NCBI GenBank assembly: GCA_037447605.1
Contig: CM074812.1
Coordinates: forward strand, 992,001 to 1,056,000
Reading direction: 5' to 3'
DNA length: 64,000 nucleotides
DNA from: Zygnema circumcarinatum SAG 698-1b
Taxonomy: Eukaryota; Plantae; Zygnematophyceae
Below, piece after piece: positions 11,215 through 21,000 of the stretch; within the stretch, counting starts at the first letter, position 1, and each line of letters opens with the position of its first letter. The position numbers and the translations under genes were made by a program. The notes beneath the pieces are model-generated. The model did no database searches, had not been told where the DNA came from, and saw nothing but the letters and a program-made list of their open reading frames with translations.

Positions 11215-11600
11215 AACCATGGACCAAATAAACAAAGTGGTTTCTTTTGCACAAAGCAACCATCCCACCAAGATCACAAACTCGCCAGAAGGTATGCCAA
11301 CCATTGAATGGCAATCAATGGCTGCATCCAACCGTTGCCGTCCACTGGTTGGCCAACGGTCGATCCCATCCCCTGCTCCTCCTCCTCCCTGTGATGGAAG
11401 CCATAATGAAGCAACGACACTAAAAAGCCACATCACATCATCACATCCCCTTCCCAGGAGGTCTTGGAAAGTCCTTGGAATTCAAGGGCCGGCGGCAATG
11501 GTTGGCAAATATCGAAAACCATTGCCAATGGTTGCAACCATTGAATTCCAAGTTTGCCAACCATTGCGACGGGACCGAAACAACCATTGCCACTGGAGGC
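11215..11600. mobile_element. Highly degenerate remnant of the foldback-like family
   Basis: Scattered AATGGTTGGC, GCCAACCATTG, CCACTGGTTGGCCAAC and ACCGAAACAACCATT modules. No termini recognised. Confidence 0.45.
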
Positions 11601-12011
11601 GTCCGATGTCGTCCCTCGAAAGGAGAAAAGAAAAAGACAAAAAGATCAATATGTGACACTCGGAAGTTCCGGTGTCGCACCCACACTTTTCCATTTTTGG
11701 GAAATGGTCAAACATCAACATCGATGGTGTGACCAATGTTTGACATTGTCGATATCTCGATATATCGATCCGTACAACGGGATGTTTTTGATTGACCTTC
11801 GTAACACCTTCGTAAGAAGCTTCCACGAAATTTCCCTACGAAAACGAAACTTCTCCAGGCGCTAGAAAAAGCGCGAGCTCGCTGCCTTCGTGACGAGGAA
11901 GGAAAATCCCCCCCTCTCCTCTGTCCCTCCCTATCTCCCTCCCTGCCTCTCTCCCTCCCGTCCTCCCTCCCTTCCTCCCTCCCTTCCTCCCTTCCTCCTC
12001 ACTCCGCCGCC

Positions 12012-13991
12012 ATGCGTATCGCCGTGATCGGAGGCACCGGCAATGTGGGCGGTCGCCTCGCGCGCCGCCTCTGCCTCGCCGGACACGAGGTCCTGCTCGC
12101 CTCCCGCCAACCGTCGGACCCCAAGGTGGGAGAGAGGCTTCAACAGAGTCAGTTATGGAGAGAAATTTGTGGAACTTGTGGAAACGGAGAGGAAACAGTA
12201 AATGGAAGGTCAACATAAGGTCTCGTCCTCTAATTTGGAAGCTCAATTTGAAGGTGAACTTTTGAATTGAGGCTTGCTGATAGGCAGGTTTGGTGGGGAG
12301 GTAGGGCAGACGGTAGCTGCGGTTGAAGCGGTGCAGGAGGGCGCGGCAGGGAAGGCCTCCGCGGGCGAATTTGAGGCGGCGGGGGGATGCGAGGCGATAA
12401 TTATCGCCACTCCGGGCCAGTTCACGCCCGAGGCCTGGAAAGGGGTGAGGATGGGTTGGTGACTATGATTTTCCCTGTTTATTTTGTTTCGTTGTTTCGA
12501 CTGCAAGTCACATTTCGCTGAGATTAGCATGCAGGATACTGTTGATCGTAAGTGACACCTTTTTTGTGGTAGTGGGTTGAATGGACTATTGTGTTGTCTG
12601 TGCTGGAATGATAGGTTTTTTATTTTTGAGTGGGTATGGTGAGTTCTAATTTCATGTGCAAGGGGAACGATGCTTCTTAAAAGGCATTCAAATTTTGCTC
12701 TAAATGTGATGCATTGATCAGTTTCAATTTGCTCATGATTTTTAAAGCCTACAAATTTACTTTCCACCTGGCAATGTTATATATTGGTACTTGTCTGTCT
12801 GTTATGGAAAATTCTGGTTGCCATTATTATTAGCAATAAGAATTGGTTTAATCGCTCCTTTGAGGAGGTCTTTTGTTGGTGAAGGAGCCTTAGATTGCTA
12901 TGTCCATTTCAGGTGGTGGAGCCCTTTGCCGAGTATGCTGGAGTGGTTCTGGATGCTTCCAACCCTCTCACTGCATGGCCGGCCCTTGACATCGCAGTGG
13001 ACCAGAACACGACAAGCGCCACTGAAGACCTTCAGAAGGTGCTGCCATCCACCTCAATCTGCTTACTTTTGTCGAAAAGCATTGGAGTTTGCAGCTTGGT
13101 TTTCACACAGAGTTGCTGATACGGTGAAATTCTTAGTTTTGATGAGTTTTACCGCTTGTTCGAATGGGGAATGAAAGGCGTTGTTTTGGACTCGGAGCGC
13201 GTTTCTGCTATTGCGTAGAATACAGTGCCGGAATGTTGAAAGAATGGTTTGCTTGTTTTGGGTTCTTTGGAAGCTATATGCTCAATGGCAACTGGTAAAC
13301 GAATTTCAAAGAGAAAAAAAGGTTTTGGGATTCTTGTAAGGTTCCTTGATTGAGTTCTCAACTTCGAGATCTGAACCCAATTCTCAATCCGCACGCTGTG
13401 GGAGGCTCTCTCTCTCTCTCACAGGTCCTCCCCAACGCGAAAGTTTACAAGGCTTTCAACACAGTCGGAGCTGAGCTAATGAGCAAACCCACCATCAATG
13501 AGAAGCCCATTTCAATGCTTTTCGCTGGTCCCGATGACGCTTCTGGAAAGGAACTTGCAACCAAGGTGGGCTTCTCTCTCTATGCAAAAACGGCCTCTGG
13601 TATGCAGTAATGTAATATGAATTCAATGTTATATAATATGATTTAATTGATCATAACGTGTCATACGCATGGGTGGGTAGCAATGGAAAAAACTATGCTC
13701 TATTGATTTTTTTCTCAAGGGGGTTTTAAGATTCTGAGTCTTCTAATTCATAACTAATTGGAGAGAAAACGTCTCAAATTCAGTTTTATTTAACCTTTTG
13801 TTAATACAAACAGGTTGGTGCTGTGACGTTTTGCGTAACAGGTGATTTCAGCTGTGGGATATGAGCCGATCTATGTGGGCCCTGCTCGGTATGCGCGGAA
13901 TCTGGAGTCCATTGCGGAGCTTTGGATCCACCTGGCGATCAAAGGAGGGTGGAAACGCGATGGCTTTGCTTTTGACATTCTGAGAGAATAG
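12012..13991 (+). CDS. NADP oxidoreductase, F420_oxidored family (COG2085-like); exons about 12012-12125, 12310-12444, 12913-13038, 13425-13565, 13842-13991
   Basis: Rossmann motif MRIAVIGGTGNVG plus IIIATP, VLDASNPL, VYKAFNTVG, FAGPDD and GYEPIYVGP..YARNLESIAELW, all typical of this family. GT-AG introns give an open spliced frame. The exon-2 acceptor is the least certain boundary. Confidence 0.8.
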
Positions 13992-14145
13992 GGCCTTCTA
14001 GAGGGGGAGTGAGGGAGATAGAGCTTTCTCGTAAACTATGAAGGTTGATTCTGACTAGGCTTCGAAGAATTTCAGCGTTGTAGAAAGTAGTAGTACTGCT
14101 GTGGGGAGAAAGGGAGTGAAGTGTGATATGGGGCATGGAGAGGGG

Positions 14146-14146
14146 C

Positions 14147-14189
<43 letters not shown>

Positions 14190-14190
14190 A
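14146..14190. repeat. (GT)n(GA)n compound microsatellite
   Basis: Directly visible. A related tract lies in the duplicate at about 43490-43540. Confidence 0.85.
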
Positions 14191-15521
14191 TGGAGAGAGA
14201 ACGTGAGAGAGTTATAACTCCCTCGCCTCCCTCTCCTATTGCTTTGTAAGCTAAATGTAATATAGGTGACTTGGTGTGTTGTTTGTAGATAACAGGATGC
14301 AGGTAGCCGAAAAGATGAATGTCCCCAAAAATGGTTTAATAGTTTTTCAAAAATCGCAGTCGTTGGCTTTTTAGTATTGACTTCGCTTGAAATGTTTGAA
14401 GCTTCATATGCTACGAGGAGAGAACGATAAGATCTACGACTTCTTTCAGTGAATAAACGTTACAGAGATTAATTATTGTTTACAGTAGCGGAAAATAGTT
14501 AGTTAAAAATCTGAGCTTTGCTCCTAAACTTTTAGTCGAGCATCTTCCAATCAGTATTGTCCATATTCAAAGCTTTTTTCTGTAGTCATCACGGACCCTA
14601 CGAACCAGAGGCTTCCTTTTGAGTAGCAATGACAGCGGAGTTAACACTCCATGCCACGCAGGAATTGATTGATTGAAATGGCGAAGCTTCCAATTTTTTA
14701 AACGCAAGGACTCACTTCTGAGCTTGACAGCTCTAAAGTTGCATGTGGGCGACGTCTCTGCAGATCATGTGATAAATGGCAGCGTGTAGTCTGCTTCGAA
14801 CCTTCGAAGCTTGCTCTTCCTTATAACACTTCCAACTCTCAATGGGAATCTCGCAGACAACCCTTCATCAATTTGTGAAGTTCGTGAGGAAGGTTAAAAG
14901 ACTGAAAGGATTTTCCGAACGTCACATTCCATGACGTTCTGGTTGAGTTTAAAGATTGACAGGAAAACTCAACTTACAAACTAGATGGTACTGGCAATTC
15001 CATCGTTTGGAAAATAATAAAATAACTACCAGTAAGTTCCCTCTGTTCGTTTTCAGTACTTTTTTTTGCAGTTTCTGCAAATCTGGATCAAAATTGTCGC
15101 AATCTCTGCAGGCGTGGAGAGAAGAAGCAGAACGAAGATGCAGTGCGGACTTACGAGTGCTCACGAGTAGAGCACGAGGTACTGCTATGTAACCTTGTCG
15201 ACAGTACACTTGCTGTTCCCAAATCTCCCGCGCCTGAACACTCCCTTACTCACCCCCCTCCCCTCCTCAAAACCGACCCCAAATTTTAGGGGTGGATGAG
15301 CAGGTGGGAAACAAGTTCAGGCCAGCACTACCTCCAGTTCAGAGCCCCATTTCCAAGAAAAAATACTTCAAGTTTCTCTGCTGAACCCTTATAACCTAAC
15401 CACAAATTTTATACATAATTTCTCATTACAATATGACCTATCGTATCGGTGATATTTCGATACATCGTTCTGTCACAGCGGGAAGCTATTAGCACTAACT
15501 TTGAAGCCTCGACAAAACTTT

Positions 15522-15950
15522 CACAGATCGGACCATTAGACAAACCAGTCGACTGGTTGGCAACCAGTGCTTGCGGACCGAAACAACCATTCGACTGGTT
15601 GCCAACCAGTGGCTCAGGACCGAAACAACCATTCGACTGGTTTGAAACCAGTGGATGCCACTGGTTGGCAACCATTCGACTGGTTTCCAACCAGTGCCGC
15701 CGGATCGAAACAACCATTCGACTGGTTGCCAACCAGTGCCGCCAGATCGAAACAACCATTCGACTGGTTGCCAACCAGTGGCATCCACTGGTTCCAAACC
15801 AGTCGACTGGTTGCCAACCAGTGGCATCCACTGGTTCCAAACCAGTCGAATGGATGCCAACACTGGTTGGCAACCAGTCGAATGGTTGTTTCGGTCCGCA
15901 ACCACTGGTTGCCAACCAGTCGACTGGTTTGTCTAATGGTCCGATCTGTG
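15522..15950. mobile_element. 429-bp foldback element with the same end type at both termini and no spacer
   Basis: Starts CACAGATCGGACCATTAGACAAACCAGTCGACTGG and ends with its reverse complement. 8-bp TSD AAAACTTT at 15514-15521 and 15951-15958. Confidence 0.9.
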
Positions 15951-15959
15951 AAAACTTTC

Positions 15960-17020
15960 CACAGTTCGGACCAGTGGATCGGCAACCATTGGACAACCAT
16001 TGGATGGCAATGGTTGGACGTCTACTGGTTGGCAACCAGTCGAATGGTTGTTTCGGTCCGCAACCACTGGTTGGCAACCAGTCGAATGGTTGTTTCGGTC
16101 CGCAACCACTGGTTGGCAACCAGTCGACTGGTTTGGAACCAGTGGATGCCACTGGTTGGCAACCAGTCAACTGGTTTGGAACCAGTGGATGCCACTGGTT
16201 GGCAACCAGTCGACTGGTTTGGAACCAGTGGATGCCACTGGTTGGCAACCAGTCGAATGGTTGTTTCGATCTGGCTGCACTGGTTGGCAACCAGTCGAAT
16301 GGTTATATCCATTAAATCAAATGGTTGGCAACCATTAAATCACTGGTGTAGCGAACTGAGCGCTTCACATTTACCAAAATACTGTCGGCGTTTGAAGAAA
16401 ACTATTACGGTTGACGTGCGGAATCTCGATGATACAATCATACGACTCGGCTGTACGAATCCGTACGCATCTGTACGCATCAGGCTTGTTACACTAGTTG
16501 TCAACGGTTGGCAACCCACCAAAAAACACATACGACCCATTTTTGCAATTTTTTTTAATTTCAGAAATTCAATGGTTGCCAACCATTGGATCACTGGTTA
16601 GAACCCGGTCAGGGCAGTTTGTTTCAGTCTGCGCCGGTTTCCCAAACCCGGTCGAATGGTTGTTTGATCCGTGGCACTGGTTGTAACCCGGTCGAATGAA
16701 TTTGTTTCGATCGGCTGACGCGGTTGGCCAACCAGTCGACTGGTTTGGAACGATGGATGCCAGCGGTTGTGGCTCGGCGGTTTTAAGAACGATGGAGTCT
16801 GTGGTTGGCAACGGTCGAGATGGTTGTTTACTAGAATCGTGACACTGGTTGGCAGCAGGTCGGTTTTGGAACCGATGGATGCCAGCAGTTGGCCAACCCG
16901 ATCAATGATTTGGAACCGATTGGATACCTTTGGTTGGCAAGCGATTCGAATGGACCTGATTCGGTCGCAACCCAGCGGTTGCCAACCGGATCGGCGGTTT
17001 GTCTAATGGTCCGGATCGTG
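15960..17020. mobile_element. Full-length foldback-like element (1061 bp) with uninterrupted spacer
   Basis: Left end CACAGTTCGGACCAGTGG, right end GTCTAATGGTCCGGATCGTG (noisy). 8-bp TSD AAACTTTC at 15952-15959 and 17021-17028. Spacer about 16339-16575. Confidence 0.85.
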
Positions 17021-17404
17021 AAACTTTCTGGGAAAGCAGGAAACTAAAGATGTGGGAAGCGGCTTCGCGACCATGGTAATTGGCCGGGGAAGATCTTTCT
17101 CCCTTTCTCCCTCCCTCCATTCCTCCCTCCCTCCCTCCCTCCCTCCGCACTCCGCCACCATGCGTATCGCCGTGATCGGAGGCACCGGCAATGCGGGCGG
17201 TCGCCTCGCTCGCCGCCTCTGCCTCGCCGGACACGAGCTCCTGCTCGCCTCCCGCCAACCTTTATTCCCTATGGTGGGAAATAAAAAGGTGGATGAGAGG
17301 TTTCAACAGAGTTAGGGATGGAGAGAAATTGGGACCGAATGTGGAACTTGTGGAAACGGAGAGGAAACAGTAAATGGAAGCTCAATAGAAGGTCTCGTCC
17401 TCTG

Positions 17405-18000
17405 TGTAGATGTGGAGCCTCCGGTCCTAGTAGAAGATCCCTCCGAGGATGACATCCCACTACTCCTTGGACTAGGAGACGCCAGCCTTGCGGAAACACA
17501 GAATCACACTCACAAAGCACAGACTGCCCCAAGCAAAGAATGGATGAGCAGGATCGAGATTGAGGAAGATAAGAGAATGCACAAATGCTGAAAACTCTTA
17601 ACTTCAAAGCGGTACAAGAACACAAGCAAGAGGCCCCTCTGCTTCTACTCCACCTCTGAGTGTCCCCTTATCTTTGTAAAGCACCACCACCTGCTTGGCA
17701 AGCCTCTACTCTGCACTGGCAGCACGCACTAGGGTTACTAGGTGCAGGTAGAGCTTTACTACAATGTGTCAGTAACTTCCCCGTATAAGAGGCCTTCTTA
17801 TGATGAGTAAACATGAAACTCTGTGTATTCTTAACTCCGTTTAACATTCTCTATTGCAGTCTTCCGTCTGTTCATTCATTCTTTGCTGAGCGTCTGTGCT
17901 GGCGGTGGCAGAACCTGTGTTCGCAGGCTGGCGTCTCTTTGATCCCCGGAAACAGTGAAGACTGTCATCCTGGGAGAAAATCTTCTCTTGCGGTATCTAT
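17405..18000. repeat. Left end of Copia A: inverted R-U5 (17405-17738) followed by a forward degenerate R-U5 (17739-18000)
   Basis: 17405-17738 is the reverse complement of 41308-41647, essentially identical in the outer 120 bp or so. 17739-18000 resembles 41329-41647. A PBS-like ATTATCGAGC and the gag start follow. No U3 (40981-41307) is present. Confidence 0.75.
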
Positions 18001-18029
18001 ATTATCGAGCTGAGGCGGGGGCGGGAAGG

Positions 18030-21000
18030 TGTAGCGAAACGCTACAGTCACCCCAAGGGGGAAGGGTTACTTAGAGCCCGGCGTGGCTTTATGTTTCCAT
18101 CCAATGCAGTACCTAACGGTTAAAGCATCGGATACCCTATAGGACGAGGGAGGTCCTAGGTTCGAACCTTAAGAACTGGTTCACCCGTGGGGCCGCCACA
18201 TAATCTCTATGGGCCCCACGTCAGCGACCAAGGTCCCCTCCTCTCAGCGTAGAGGAGGATCACGGGCTAACGGCACCCGCAGGGACCAATCGGTCCCGCG
18301 GTGAATCGAGGGCCCACGGCCGGATCCCAAATTAAGCCGTCCGTCCGTGCGTTACTTGATTTACCCGATGAGTACGGACGGGTGTGCGGTCGGGCCAGCG
18401 CCCAGCGCGTAGGCTCCGACGATGCAGCTCTGGCGGCCTTCGCGTCGCGACGCCGCGCCGCAGGATGCAACGAAGCGGTAAATGCGTTGTACACCTCGAC
18501 CCCATGCGGAGTGAGGACCTGGCTGCCATTAAGGCGGCCCTGCTTCCAATCACTCCATCTTTGGTAGGAGGTTCCGGGGAAGCGTATAAGGTGGCCGTCA
18601 CCCAACCAACGCTACAAAGCATCTGATTTACCGCGCCCATCCCGGAGCTGCTCCCTCACGAAAGAGCTTTCTCCCTCTCTCTCTCTCTCTTAGCTGAACT
18701 CTGAAGTGTAATTCCGCGCACGGCTGAAGGGGCTAGATTTCAGTCGTGACATTTGGTATCAGAGCAGGTTTTCTTTTCTGTTTGGGAAGGAACCTGTTGG
18801 TCATGGTGACCACTCGGCGGGCCGGAGGTGACCCGGGGCCCTCAGGGCCGCCACCTCCACCACCCGTCCCACGGGACGAGGTGATGGAGGAGAACTCGGA
18901 GACTGCGGCTGTCCCCATGGAGGGGCCCAGTCCCGAGCCCACTGATGACCAAGGTCATCCCAGGTGGCTAACGCACTTCCGCGTCACGGGCAGCTGGCGG
19001 CGAGAATCCGCGATCCCCATGATGGGAGGGCTATCACCGGTGGCGCTTCGCCCGAAAGATGAAGAAGATGTCGGCAAGCCCAGGAGCGGATGTAAAGCGG
19101 CGTAGCGTCGCCACCATAGCTTTGCTCTGGCGGTGGGCGGCTTTATGGAAGCTCCACCGGTCCACCCGCTTGGTGGACACGCTCCAAATGGAGTTCCGGA
19201 GCCTTTCGGACAGGCTCCGGAGGATCGAGGAAGGTATGCCCCGAACCCCCCCTCAGGCTGGTAGAGGCAGTGGATGCAGCAGGTCCTAGGGAAGGGGTTA
19301 GGCAAGGCGCCCTCGATAGCGTCGTGCACGTCGACGCCCCGGCCCATTGCCGGAGCGGCGGCGAGAAGTCCGGACCCCCAGTTTTCCCGCGAGGGGTGAG
19401 CCACCCCACGAGGTGGCGATCCCACCCGGCGATGGGGGACCCAGGTGGTGGCGAGGCTGGCGGGGGCCGGGAGAAGAAGATCCCGATCCCTGGGGCTTGC
19501 TCCTCCCGCCAACACGAGATGCGGCGAGTCGGGCCAAAGTGAGCCCCTCTTTCCTTTTGGGGCGAGCATCCCTGGGGCTGCTCGATTGAGCAGTGGATTT
19601 GCGGAGTCAAGCGAAGGGGGCTACCTTACGGCGACCAAAAGCTGTCCCCTCACAGGTGGTGGTAGCTTTTGCTTTTGGCACTCGAGAAGGAGCATACACG
19701 GTGTATGAGGGCCTCTCTGACAGATGAGGGACGGTGGGATAAGTTGAGAGATGAACTTATCAATCACTTTGGGGCCTTGGATCCCGGCTTGGAGGCCCGG
19801 GATAAATTTCAGAACATGGTCCAAACCGGCAGTGTCAAGCAGTTCCTGCGAGACCTGCGTCAAGTGGTCCCTCAAATCACCACTCACAAGCACAGTGGTG
19901 AGTTCACTCCCGCCGAGGGAATGGCGAGCCACACACGAGGCGGTGAGAACGCCCACGGACTCACGAAGCGTGGGACCCGTGACTCCTAAGGCACGGCCTT
20001 TGTCGGCCATTAGGTTGGACCTGCAGCCTGCGGTGTCACGGGCCAGCGCTGACGGCTGAGGAGGTCGGGCGACGTGGCGAGGTCGTGGAAGGCGGGACCC
20101 TCGGCTCCTGCCAGATGGCGAGGAAAGGGCAAGCAGGCGGCCCAGCGGAAGTGGCTGCGCCCTGCTACACGACGCGCCGAAGTTGACTCGAGGAAATGGA
20201 GAAGATGCGGCGGGGAGAACAAGAATGTTTCCGTTGCGCAAAAAGGGGCATAAAGGCCGAGATTGCCCTCCCGAACTCCGGGGCAGGGGAAGGGCAAGGG
20301 CGAGAAAAACCCCCAACCCCACCCGGCCCGGTTTAGGAGTGCGGCTGGCGGTGGAGTAACGAGTTAGGGGATGGGAGGGCGATTGCTGAGTCAATGTTAA
20401 AGGACTTTTGTGGCTTAGGTCAGCGGACATGCTTAACTTGTTGGGCAGGCCTTTGGGGGTGCACGATCTCGTTGTGTGTCATGCGCTTCCTGATTCCATG
20501 TCCTTTTCCCCTGCCACCGTGGTGACTCCCTCTAGGTTTATGGATGTATTGATGCGTGGCCAGTGGCATGTTTCAATTCTCAATGTTATGGGGGATGATG
20601 TCTTGATGAGATGTGCCATGGATGCCTTGCTTGTCTTGCGGGATACTTCCCACATCCTTGGGCTGCATGTGCTGGTTCCTCAGCACTTGGCAGTTCGCAC
20701 TTTTCCCAACGCCAACTGGCGGTTGGTGAAACAGCTGAGGAAAGGGCACCAAGTTAGTGCAGACGATGGAAGGATCCACCAGTTCGTGGTTGGATCACCC
20801 TACACATTGGTGTGGAGGACGGCTCGTCCTCACCCCTCGCATATAGTGCGATCTATGTTCCATCTTGCCCATCGTGCCATGACCTTCATCGGGTCAGCCA
20901 ATGGCCACCCTGCAGTGATACTGCTAGATACTGGGGCAGATGCTAACTTTGTTAGTTCTGCATTCACCCAGAGATTTGGATTGACCCGCAGATCCCCATT

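Larger units (their letters stand above)
11910..15410 (+). repeat. First unit of a tandem segmental duplication (second unit about 17090-17404 plus 41648-44620)
   Basis: Exons, introns and about 1.4 kb of 3' non-coding DNA are collinear between units (for example 14000-15410 vs 43340-44620) with scattered substitutions and indels. Confidence 0.9.

Noticed and set aside
17798-17825. Hammerhead-like ATGATGAG...GAAAC, and CCGATGAG in the Gypsy LTRs (retrozyme idea)
   Set aside because: The first is not conserved in the better LTR copy and lacks stems. The second has no downstream GAAA core.
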